DNA from: Paramoeba atlantica
Lineage: Eukaryota; Protista; Discosea
NCBI GenBank assembly: GCA_977017575.1
Contig: CDRNVI010000042.1
Coordinates: forward strand, 119,756 to 183,755
Length of the DNA: 64,000 bases
Reading direction: 5' to 3'
The position numbers and the translations under genes are program-made. Shown piece by piece: positions 40,901 through 50,081 of the stretch (position 1 is its first letter; each line of letters begins with the position of its first letter). The notes under the pieces are model-generated. The model was given only the letters and a program-made list of their open reading frames with translations, was not told where the DNA came from and did not search any database.

Positions 40901-43425
40901 TGAATTTTTTTCCCAGCGCAGTTGCACAAGCAGGTTGGCTCCTGGCTCTCGGATTACTTGGTCATTTGAGGGAAATACAACTGAGCGACATATACTCATT
41001 GACTACATCCCACGGTATGCGAGATGCGCTAATAGTCTCCATTTTGCTTGGTGTAGCCATCAGCTCCCCTCGAACAGGAAGAACTGATTTAGGCGAATAT
41101 ATCGCTATGCATATTCCCGGGTTAGAACAACGTATTCCCGTAACTGCATCTAATGATGATACAATCTTTCGCAGACCCTCAACCCCGTATCAAGAATCAC
41201 TGGCGCGATCGTGTTTGCCGAACATCGAGTATAGCTCAGCGATTCGCCAAGCAGCATTCGTTTCTCTTGGGGTGCTTCATATGGGATCTTGTCATGATAT
41301 CTACTCCGCGACGCTTTTAAAAGAAATGGGTAACACATATGAGTATCAAAGCGGCTCACCGGGATACTCTTTGTCCGCAGGAATCGGTATTGGATTTCTG
41401 TGGCTAGGAAAAGGAAGTTTGTTAACGAATTCCATGAAAAACCCTACGGTGCGAAGACTCTTAGAACTCATACCTCACTGTGAAGGAATGGGCTTCTATG
41501 ACGAGCAACAGGTGTTTGAACGAGTTATTGGGGAAAACAATGAATTCAACTATTTCGCTGCAGTTGCCAGGCTTTCGGATCTGAAGTCTAGGATCACTGC
41601 AAGGGCTTCGCTTAAAACTCTGAACGAAACGCGTACGGAGCGAAAACGAATGGCCATTGGCGCTTGTATGGGACTATGCGGTATGTTTATACATTCGAAC
41701 GACTCAGAACCATGTAGCGCACTTTTCTCAGCGCTTGATTCCCCGCTTTGTGAATACCTTACACCGGAACAAGCCCTTGTGTTCTCTCTATGCAGCCATC
41801 TCATACGCTGGGACGAAATCGGAGATGATCCGACGTGGTGCCGTTCACAAATATTGCCCGTGTTTCAAGGGGTATATTCTGAAAGCACCTATCGAGCAAC
41901 ACAGCTTCACACGCGTCCAGGTGGGGTGCAGCATTTGCAAAGGATTGAGACACATAAGCTCGCAGGAACATATCTTGCGCTGGCCTTTCGTCATGTGGGT
42001 AATAAGCGTTCCGACCTTCGAGATTTCCTTATCACTGAATTGATTTCGCTCTATGGGCACGCTGGAAACCGTGAGCGAGACGGCACTCATCCGTCTCTTG
42101 CTGAATTAGTTCTGAACTCACCTTTGGGTGCGATGTCCACTCCTTCTCTCCTCTCTCTAGTTCCTTGTATGGCAGCTGCAGTTCTTTCCCTGGGTCTTAT
42201 TATGGTTGGAACTGCAGACAAATCGACTATACAATCGTTTGAGAAAGTTGAGGCGGTTGCAGATAGCACATCCTGCTTCGGACTACATTATGCCCTTTCC
42301 CTTGCAAAAGGATTTTTAGGACTTGGAAAAGGACTGCTCACGTTTGAACACAATGCTGAGACTGTCTTTGCACTTCTCTGTTCCGTGCTACCAATACTTC
42401 CCGTAGGACCGTGGGATGAAGCCTCTTTTCTTCCGGCTCTCCGTCACCTTTGTGCATCTTATGCAACGAGTCGCGTCCTACATACCTTCGATTCGGGTAC
42501 TAAGAAATCCGTATCATGTCGAGTGCAAATCATGATGAACCGGAAAAGTAAACAAATGCGATCCTCAGTAGAAAATATTCAAGACTTTTCTCACGAGCCT
42601 GAATCATTTAACATTACATGCAAATCACCTTGCACAATACCAACTGTAGAGGATATTGCTATTGTTCGTATTGAATTTCGTGAGAATGAAAAATATTTAC
42701 CCATTGAACTCAATGGGTTCGATTTGAGCACGTATGCATCAAGAACTGGAAAGAAACTAGCTTATAATATCCCGCTTGTTCAAAGACCGATTCTCGCGCA
42801 CACTGAAATATCGTTGCTAGATAGCCTTCCACCCACCAGCAGCTCGACACGGAAAGATAGTGTCAGGTTGGTGGATCTTTCTATGAATGATGTTACGGAC
42901 GAGATTATAAATGAGTATGGTAATGTGCTCCACGATTCGCCAGGCAATGAAATAAGAATTCTAGAAAGCATATGTGAAAGAAGACGAAGCGAAACTCACC
43001 TTAAGAATTCTCAGACAGTTACGGAAACAGCTCCGAAAAAGAATGATTGGGAAGAACTACAAGATCAGTTGCATACGAGGTTTATTTTACCAGTCCAGCT
43101 TCTGAATAGGGATGCCAATGTGAATTCCTTGCAAACTGATTCAGAGAATGCAAGTAGCACTTTTTCTACATTGCCACGTAATAGTGAGACATGGGGATGG
43201 CACAGGCAGTTACTTCGGTGGTTTACCTCTAGAGGTTCCGATTCTTCTTCCGTTGGATGTTCCAACAAGAAATCGTTATCTACCTATGAAGACCTAGATG
43301 TTGGCGTATGCACAGTCTTGTCTAGATTCCGGAACAGCAATTGGGGCACCGAATCTACATCGAAATCTCTTTTAAATCTCGCAGTTAAATGTCAAAACAG
43401 GATAGCAACTTTCGATACAAGATGA
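37927..43425 (+). CDS. APC1: Anaphase-promoting complex subunit 1; first ATG at 37954
   Basis: WAIFHNACSHGL, AGWLLALGLLGHL, GYSLSAGIGIGFLWLGKG, ALRHL and PCTIP match APC1 PC-repeat motifs. Confidence 0.88.
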   Translation: MDCPNNCYFMLLKYSDQNGQQLYRDGEGPEANLIWCDNKMLRLNLHIPHLGEAGIVTSDSQDKQSISSSASTIFCTHKCSFITLGEAERHELTIYDTATEDIQVLPLDNFQPHQLIPLSHYRGVVLIGSTAVTRSDLKRSEHSIAYFVNLEGSLHPMQLYPLELLSFISEELYSCTPKKSFPACQFEPASILKVLDITNVDACALPASVLTTKDDTKEIGCYLAVICVLDIDSTPTKNNEHSLQHYRLLLIAFELSPCGSKLRCFPLSYFDQWNSSGCSLSDVSAALQILHTEDDFMACIAVKHPGKAFPLVDDPSGDAHSWWISLYNYDLQKKNILNLQKCQWNLVRTFPVAYLSPGFVINSPSEWPDISLSPMRCPSDAYLWSKVELLKCPETRMFIFLLEMTEQMSTRSTYGYYYFRPRDGTIIPENDVLTFTVERTLDLLHQNRHDSGLLRSLEPYDTQTGACLKNFHQVYLEHARISCSLLREFLYLVQESVCDTTAMYIRSWIICNKNKPNANQTEFAAADHDYEDIKNEWLYLKEYIIRFVGTQNYESVSAERALSATEDKSRFLSSAIGNHILASLHLLRESVLLQEKYRNAYLMVPSLIALAKVIGACSYERYYQSFNDANGRLLEESVYDLEAKTGKEDFHSLVILIKQSHFKIAPSHLYNVVYRICQYFDEQCVLDIETLIKSSLRKIVSCAGRPPSRAFERHIPNSLFKKYNNIMYLFSIISFLQSTEEKYTNLTEAIGVRHSWWNNWESIRNDEQKHFSIQDVNYTYRKGEKNPAVFRILNVAAQQLCELNSSVGTSLRIEFRKKILQNRATGTTSQFYVFIDKIEMINESLEEGNRTLALQLNASHTLKIDNYEQGNDVQPILRRRMLKILTLPLARGLLGLASQTTNSINRTSVKKLPLIALEGVAEKLTFEIQWSQVEDMYRDTTSTEITLHGSVRSTFMFWAIFHNACSHGLALMPNARADPSKIYSIEYAKSLLNFFPSAVAQAGWLLALGLLGHLREIQLSDIYSLTTSHGMRDALIVSILLGVAISSPRTGRTDLGEYIAMHIPGLEQRIPVTASNDDTIFRRPSTPYQESLARSCLPNIEYSSAIRQAAFVSLGVLHMGSCHDIYSATLLKEMGNTYEYQSGSPGYSLSAGIGIGFLWLGKGSLLTNSMKNPTVRRLLELIPHCEGMGFYDEQQVFERVIGENNEFNYFAAVARLSDLKSRITARASLKTLNETRTERKRMAIGACMGLCGMFIHSNDSEPCSALFSALDSPLCEYLTPEQALVFSLCSHLIRWDEIGDDPTWCRSQILPVFQGVYSESTYRATQLHTRPGGVQHLQRIETHKLAGTYLALAFRHVGNKRSDLRDFLITELISLYGHAGNRERDGTHPSLAELVLNSPLGAMSTPSLLSLVPCMAAAVLSLGLIMVGTADKSTIQSFEKVEAVADSTSCFGLHYALSLAKGFLGLGKGLLTFEHNAETVFALLCSVLPILPVGPWDEASFLPALRHLCASYATSRVLHTFDSGTKKSVSCRVQIMMNRKSKQMRSSVENIQDFSHEPESFNITCKSPCTIPTVEDIAIVRIEFRENEKYLPIELNGFDLSTYASRTGKKLAYNIPLVQRPILAHTEISLLDSLPPTSSSTRKDSVRLVDLSMNDVTDEIINEYGNVLHDSPGNEIRILESICERRRSETHLKNSQTVTETAPKKNDWEELQDQLHTRFILPVQLLNRDANVNSLQTDSENASSTFSTLPRNSETWGWHRQLLRWFTSRGSDSSSVGCSNKKSLSTYEDLDVGVCTVLSRFRNSNWGTESTSKSLLNLAVKCQNRIATFDTR

Positions 43426-43653
43426 ATTCCACTGTTAAAGTAATTGTATGGACTGTGTAGAATGCAAAATCCGATTGATCGAACAAATGAGTTCAAGGTC
43501 TGACTACACCTCTCCAATTACACTATTTGAACGCGCTTGGTCTGAATTTATGAGTTGCAGACGGAGAGGGAATTCTAGCTCCCGCTTAAGCACACTTTTC
43601 TACACAAAAAAAACTCTTTTAAACAAAGAAGACTACAAGTTTCTTGAAGTAGG

Positions 43654-44613
43654 GTGTTGTACGATGATGTTGCATTCTTTACTTTTATACACAGAAAAAA
43701 ACGGAATAGCTTGTTATACATCATTGCTATGAAATGGAGAATGTCGCGTGCGGTGGTCCGGTATGTTTCTCTTAGTCAGGCACATTGTACACGGCAATGC
43801 ACCTTCTTAGTTCGTTCTTATTCGACCCTTAATGATGCAAAAGATCAAAACACGACAACTGTCAACTGTGCTGCTGGACATCCGAACAAGAACAAACACA
43901 GCCATGCGCTCGATTCGATGATTCGAGTAGATCTAGCCGGGGAAACGGCAGCTGTTCGTATCTGCAATGCCCATCTCTATTTTTATCCCCACAACTCCGT
44001 GCTGCAAGAAATTCTACACGAGGAACAGCGTCACTTGGCCTTGATGAACGAGTGGGCACATAGAATACGCGCACGCCCAACTCTTCTAGATCCCATCTTT
44101 AAATTCGCCAGTGTGGGACTTGGGGTCGTAACCGCATTGTTGGGCCCCTCTTCGGTGATGTGTTGTCACGCTGCCATTGAGGATGTGATCGCAGCTCATT
44201 ACAATGATCAGCTGCGACAGTTGTGTTCTTTTTCTGAGGAGTCCACGGATGATGAAAAAGCTACGGAGGGCAGTAAATTGTCCGAAGCCCATGAACAGGT
44301 AAGCACGAATGGGGGTGGACATTCAAATAAAATCTCTGGTTCATCTGGATTATTTTCTTTCTGGCCTTTCAGTGAAAAAGAACCACATGAACCAGAAAGA
44401 TCTGCTTCTCCCCGTAACTTACCAAATCTCGGTAACAAGGAAAGCCATGTTGAGGAGCTGCGAAAAGTTGTCCGAAGACTTCGAGACGAGGAGATGCATC
44501 ACCACGAACTTGGCATTACGCACGGAGGCCGGGATTTCATAGGATCTTCAGTGTTGTACGAGTCTGTCCGTATTCTCTGTAAGACTGGAATATGGTTGGC
44601 AAAGAGATTTTAA
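43654..44613 (+). CDS. COQ7: Demethoxyubiquinone hydroxylase; likely ATG at 43729
   Basis: MIRVDLAGE, EEQRHL, RPTLL, HYNDQLR and RDEEMHH di-iron motifs; ends IWLAKRF. Confidence 0.92.
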   Translation: MLYDDVAFFTFIHRKKRNSLLYIIAMKWRMSRAVVRYVSLSQAHCTRQCTFLVRSYSTLNDAKDQNTTTVNCAAGHPNKNKHSHALDSMIRVDLAGETAAVRICNAHLYFYPHNSVLQEILHEEQRHLALMNEWAHRIRARPTLLDPIFKFASVGLGVVTALLGPSSVMCCHAAIEDVIAAHYNDQLRQLCSFSEESTDDEKATEGSKLSEAHEQVSTNGGGHSNKISGSSGLFSFWPFSEKEPHEPERSASPRNLPNLGNKESHVEELRKVVRRLRDEEMHHHELGITHGGRDFIGSSVLYESVRILCKTGIWLAKRF

Positions 44614-45298
44614 CTTTTTACTGAGACCAGAGATCCTCATAAAAGTTAGCCTAAGGTTCTTGTAGGTTGGCTCTCTAGTTTTTGGTTCACTCCTGTTTTT
44701 GGGTACCTTCTTTCATCCATCTGGGATCTAGAATGTACCCCGGTGGTATTTTAGGTTTCCTCGGAAGTATTTTATTATTTTCCAACTTTTAATGTGGTCG
44801 TTTCGGTTGGTTTTCAGTGCAAAAGGGTGAGTGTGAAGGCCGTAAAAAGTAAGGATGCGCCTACGAAAGCTTGAAAAATAACAAAAATGGTGTTCAAACA
44901 CGACACGATTTTTTTCATACTACATGAAAAAAAACGAAAGATTGAAATCTAATAAATACAAATCTTGAAAATTTGAATTCTTTACCGCATCCCCTTTCCA
45001 CTTTATTGCGAAGTGTGTCACGGAGACATTCAAAGCTCTCTTTTGCACTATAATAATTCGAAACCGACTGACTTGCGATATTATGAGATGTGAAGGTGTT
45101 AGTGATGTCAAGGTATGTGTGTGTGCGCGCGTGTGCGTGCGCATGTGTGAAAGGCATTACGTTTATCCGAACAAAAAAATGTATTACAGTTTCTGTAAAA
45201 TACACTTTCTGTACCCCGCTGTTAATCCTTTCTTTCCCCGGCAACGGGCGTACTCTTACTGTATTTTTATGCCCGTACTAAGGTCAGAACTGTCCTCT

Positions 45299-45969
45299 TG
45301 TCGCTGAAGCAGGGGACGCGCCTTCATCCCTTTACTCCTACCCGAATCGCTCCCCTGGAGTGAGTGTGTTTCCCTCTCTCGGCCTTCTTCGACTTGTTTT
45401 TCCCTCTCCGAGAGGGCGTGCGTCACGGTGGCCTCCCTTGAGGATCACTAGACGTGTCCTCCGCCGACGAAACTTTCGGCTCTCTGCACCTGGCGGTCGC
45501 CCAGCTCTCTGCACCCCGGCTCTGTCGCAGCTCTCTGCACCCGGATTGCCCCCGAAGCTGTAATGTGGGGATTCCGCATCGGGATCTCCGCACCTGGGAC
45601 CCCAGCTCTCCGCTGGGGTCACACCTCCGACGAGGACGAACCCTCACATGATCCACCCGTCGTATGCGGGTAAGGACATAGTGAGCAAATCTCTGCGCTA
45701 TAAGTGAATGACCAAACAAAACGCGGCTGCTCCGAATTGTGAGACACTCATAAGAGCTCCTCTCACAGTGAGAGGACGGTCAACGCGCTTTGATTCGTAT
45801 TATTCGATGCTGTACGAGGATCGTACTGGCTGTCGTGGAAGCAGGGGACGCTCTTCTACTTCATCACACCCCTCCCCGGCTCACTCTCCTGGAGTGAGCC
45901 GTCTTCCCTCCCCTGCTTTGTCCTGGAGCCCTTTCCCCCGGGGAGCCATGCGTCATGGTGGCCTCCCTT
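45299..45969. repeat. Two diverged ~140-bp GC-rich direct repeats (45299-45440 and 45831-45969) flanking a GCTCTCTGCACC minisatellite (45479, 45504, 45530)
   Basis: Shared blocks TGTCG..GAAGCAGGGGACGC, CCTGGAGTGAG and GCGTCAYGGTGGCCTCCCTTG. Confidence 0.8.
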
Positions 45970-46608
45970 GGGTACCCCCTTGGCTCTGTCTCATGTTATG
46001 TCGAGGCAGCGGTCGGTTGCAGTGCGCCCCACCGGCTACGCAAAGAGAGGCGAGTTGCCTCTCTACACCTCTACCGACAGAGTTCGTCGAAGTTAGTAGT
46101 CTATGTAGAATTCTATGTGTTCTATGCGTAGAATATTTTTTATGTCAGTGATTAAAATTGTAAGAATGTTGAAAATTGAAGGCGCGCGGGGCCCAAGCGG
46201 GTAGTAAGAGCAACGGAATGGAACTCACGTAGAACTCGTGTAATGTTGAGTTCGTTGGGAAGAATACTTAACACCGATGATTGACATACATGAGTCGCGT
46301 TTAGCAACCAAGGCAGGAACCCACAGATAAGCTTTTGCCGCCGTGTACACGACTGTAGATTTATAGTGCCCGACTGTCTCCCACCGCTTGAGCCCTGTGG
46401 CGTGACTAGTAGGGTTCCATTCGTAGTCACTGCGATTTAAGTAGGAGTACCATACATTGCCGCTGCGAAAAAAAGTCCCCATTATTATACGTTGTGCCCT
46501 TTCTGTTTATCTGTTAAAAATGAAAGCCGAGACGTCGCTATACGACAAGTATGAAATGGTAGAGTTCTAGCACTGTATGCTTATACAGGTGCTTATGGAT
46601 TGCTAGTA

Positions 46609-46791
46609 CTGCCCCCCCTTCCTTTAAGCGCACCCAGTCAGACTCCCCCGTTTAAGCGCACATATGTAGAGTCGAGATGCAGACTCCGGCGCCGCGAAGC
46701 GGCGGCTATTTCTTTTTAAGTACCGATTCAGACCCCCCGTTTAAATGCACTTTTCACGAAAAACGAGGTGCGTTTAAACAGGGGGGGATAG
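46609..46791. mobile_element. 183-bp MITE-like element with TA flanks
   Basis: Left CTGCCCCCCCTTCCTTTAAGCGCAC vs reverse complement of right end CTATCCCCCCCTGTTTAAACGCAC; TA on both sides; two internal direct copies of CCCCCGTTTAARYGCAC. Confidence 0.65.
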
Positions 46792-47269
46792 TATAATTTT
46801 TTTAATGGAGACTATTTTTTAAAGGTTTTGGCAGCGACTTGTTGCGAGTGATCTTTAACCCTATAAAGTCATTCGGGTGTGAAATACAAACGTATGTAAA
46901 ACGTGTGGCATACAAACAATGGAAAACAACGTTTAGTTTCTCCATGATGATCAACAATTATACATTAGAATAGCCATGATACCAAAATTTCGGATTCTTA
47001 GCCTCTGAATTTTCCTTGCAGTGCCTCGGAAACACGGGTGGGTACGTAAGTAGTTACAGTGTGGCACTAAAAAAAGTTACTTGATTATGAATTTGCGTCC
47101 CTCGTGACGTTGTACGATTTTCTATTTTTTCGACAATTTTTGATTTAAAAAGGCACTGGGGCATAAGAACTTTACATTACTCCCGTTTCTAGCTACTTAT
47201 GGGTAAACCCTCAATTTGGGCCGCAAGTTTTCCTCCTATTCATGATTCATAAATTACATTACACTTTAA

Positions 47270-48115
47270 TTGATCAAAATGACAAGGGTAACAACCCGTG
47301 GCGATCCATCTCCCAACACGAGAAATGAAATTATGGCTATTTTGGTACGCTATCTGCATCGTTGTGGCATAAAGCAAAATGTTCTTCAAGCGATTTGGGA
47401 TCACAAACATTCAAGAGCCCAGTCCCGCGTTTATCGCCACTTTGTAGATCAACTCAACGGGCTAATGTCTGTTGAACCTACCTGTTGTATCTCCGAGGAT
47501 CGTGGCCGTTCCTCCTCACCTCTTGCCGCTCCATTATCCGAGTCTTATACGATACATTCAGAAAGTTCCTGCGTTCGTGCGCGTAGTCATGGTTCACTTT
47601 CGGAGCTTTCTTGCTCAGAGTCTTCCTTTGTGGCCGAACCAACGTCATTTCGCCATGTTCATCATCGGTGTGGGCAAGTTCGATATGCAATCGACAGTAA
47701 TCTGGATCGTGTTACTCCACTGGATATTGAGGGCAACAAAGTAAAAGTGCCCCTGGAAGCAAGGCGCCTTGTGTGGAAGCCTAATCGAAAACCTCTTGAT
47801 AAGAAACACACATATGACCGGGGTCCTCATAAAAGGGACTACCAAAGCAATGGCGTTTCCATAAATTCGAATCGTAAGGGTAGAACAGCAAACAACAAGA
47901 TGTCCCGCGAAACTAAGGAACTTCATTCGTCGTTAAAGTCTCGAAACATTAAAAACAAAGAACTTCAAATTGCAAAGCGACAGCAGTCTCACAGTATACA
48001 AAGCGGAGCACTTAAACCGGAGTCTCTGAAAAGTGATTTGCAGAGTACAATTTCTGCGGATCACTTTGAATATGAACGGAATGGGCGTCATCGTCGAGGG
48101 GATGTGGATGCATAG
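47270..48115 (+). CDS. Hypothetical Ser/Lys/Arg-rich protein; first ATG at 47279
   Basis: 281-codon ORF; no family recognised. Confidence 0.5.
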   Translation: MIKMTRVTTRGDPSPNTRNEIMAILVRYLHRCGIKQNVLQAIWDHKHSRAQSRVYRHFVDQLNGLMSVEPTCCISEDRGRSSSPLAAPLSESYTIHSESSCVRARSHGSLSELSCSESSFVAEPTSFRHVHHRCGQVRYAIDSNLDRVTPLDIEGNKVKVPLEARRLVWKPNRKPLDKKHTYDRGPHKRDYQSNGVSINSNRKGRTANNKMSRETKELHSSLKSRNIKNKELQIAKRQQSHSIQSGALKPESLKSDLQSTISADHFEYERNGRHRRGDVDA

Positions 48116-48344
48116 CTTAGAAACTTTTGTCCTTGAAACAAAGCATCGATTTACGGATGGTCTTCGTTAAAATAGTTTGCGCCTTTCGGCGTTTTATTTT
48201 TATCGCTTTGCATCACTTTGAGCATCTTCATACAGATTCTGCACATACATGTATATTTAAATACGATGATATAAATTATAATTACGCGTTCTATTTTTTT
48301 TCTATTGGAATTTCAGTTTTTGCCTGCAGTGTAATTCGCACGAA

Positions 48345-49079
48345 ATGTCTTCGAATCTGCGCGATCGACTGCTGCGCATTGTTCCCACGGGAGCTGTAGG
48401 CGTACCAGATGGTAAAGATATCCTTGATTCTTCCCTTCCGGAAGAAACCATAAGCAATATCTCAGACAGATGGATGGACAACGAAGAGTACAACAAAAAT
48501 GGGCCTCAGGATGAATCCAGCTATTCTAATAGAATGGTTTTCAAAGAATACTTTTCTCCCGATGAAGAAAGCGATCGATTCGCGTTACCTGATCAAGAAA
48601 TTTCTCAGATACGAGGCACACGTAAACAAAATGTGGAAAACTCGTCAGATGCATGTGGTGATGTATCGATTCCTCCACAACAAAATCTTCAATATATTCC
48701 TGCATTCAAAAGAGCACGTGTTCGGGACGCGCGCTCCGCCGTAGTCCTGCCCAGCAAATCGCAACCCGAAATATTCGCTGAGAATCCGAGCCTCGATGGG
48801 AGGAAAGTCGAGGCACCTGGGAAGGCCAAACATGGGCATTTCTCTGAGGGTGATCGCAAAAAGCATGCGGACAGGCAAGCTCGTCGTTTGGCACACTACA
48901 ATGCATGTAGGGATTATGCAACCGAGCACGAAGCTGAATACCGACGTAGAGAAGCTCTCACGACTCGACAACGTCTTAAAGAGGACAGATCTCGCAAACT
49001 TGACTTGATACCGAACAGAGATGAACCGTGCCCCCCACTCTCGAAATACATGTTTGAATATGTATCGAAATATGTTTGA
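48345..49079 (+). CDS. Hypothetical protein with basic helical C-terminus
   Basis: 244-aa ATG ORF on the cluster strand, host-gene-like composition. Confidence 0.65.
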   Translation: MSSNLRDRLLRIVPTGAVGVPDGKDILDSSLPEETISNISDRWMDNEEYNKNGPQDESSYSNRMVFKEYFSPDEESDRFALPDQEISQIRGTRKQNVENSSDACGDVSIPPQQNLQYIPAFKRARVRDARSAVVLPSKSQPEIFAENPSLDGRKVEAPGKAKHGHFSEGDRKKHADRQARRLAHYNACRDYATEHEAEYRRREALTTRQRLKEDRSRKLDLIPNRDEPCPPLSKYMFEYVSKYV

Positions 49080-49265
49080 ATCTGTTTCTATATTGTTTGT
49101 ATTCGGCTGTGAATTGATAGATAGAGCGCGAATTCAATCCTTAGTAGGCTCATGGTTTCCAAAATATTTTGAAATATGAAGCGTGTATAAACATCCACCA
49201 TAGAACCCCTTTATTGCCCATGTTGCACAATGTGTAAGTTTCCTATCCTTGGGTTTCCCATCCTT

Positions 49266-49339
49266 GGCGGTGTGGGCGTAGTTGGTAGACGGTGGGCCTT
49301 ACAACCTGCAGGTTGTTGGTTCGATTCCCGCTATCGACA
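49266..49339 (+). pseudogene. tRNA-like sequence (Val-TAC-derived) with A and B boxes
   Basis: TGGGCGTAGTTGG (A box), GGTTCGATTCC (B box) and CTTACAA loop; acceptor stem 6/7 and T stem 4/5 paired, anticodon stem broken. Confidence 0.7.
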
Positions 49340-50081
49340 AAACTCGCAACCTGGCGGCCTCACTACAAGGGGAAAGCGATCAGGAGTGCCTTCAAGGCCC
49401 ACACCCAACCCCGCTCCCCTGGAGGACCGACCCGGAACCGCCGAGCTGAACCAGGCTCCAGCGCAGCCGCTAAATTGCGAGCTGCTTACGCAAAGGAGGC
49501 TTGAGACACAGCCTACACGATGCAACGGGGTGGACGCCCGTCCTGGTAGCTACGGTTGGGTAGCCGTGCTCGGGCCGCAAGGCGCCGAGTGCCGTCTGGG
49601 AAGGGGGTAGCAAGACGATGAAAGTCGGTGACCTGAGACTCCACCCTAACGGTTGGCACTGCAGAGCCCTCCGTGTCTTCTTCTTATCCTTGGGTAGGAA
49701 ACTACCCAAGGATTTCATTTCAAATACCCAATATTTCACGCACCAGCATACCAGACTGAGGTTTGTTGTGGTTTGGTTGGAAAGAGGTCAAAAAAAAGGC
49801 TGGGGAAACCTTGACCTCCTCCGGCGGGCATTACCGCCAGCAGGGCACCTGCAGTGAGCCTCACGGTAAGGACTCATAGTTCCGTACCATTGGTTTTTCA
49901 CTCGGTAATCCCGACTGCGTTGTCCCCGATATGTATTATTATATTATACTAGTATGTATCCGGCTCCGACTGTATCGGGAAACATGATAGCATAAAATTG
50001 GTTTCATGTAAAATTAAACAAGGAATCAAAACAATGGGCCGAGAGACATGAATGCGTTAATATTTCTCTGGTGTTCCACTG

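Noticed and set aside
45115-45150. GT/GC dinucleotide run
   Set aside because: Ordinary microsatellite
45184-45215. TACAGTTTCTGTA matches the core of the euglenozoan spliced leader
   Set aside because: No AACTAACG-like 5' part and no CTWTATTG/GT donor follows; it is part of a local TTACAG-TTT-CTGTAA hairpin
46225-46482. Minus ORF with H...GH...YLW..C resembling an integrase zinc-binding region
   Set aside because: Short, lacks the CxxC pair and has no DDE domain
49612-49640. CGATGAAAGTCG resembles group II intron domain V
   Set aside because: The basal AGC-containing helix cannot pair and no domain VI follows
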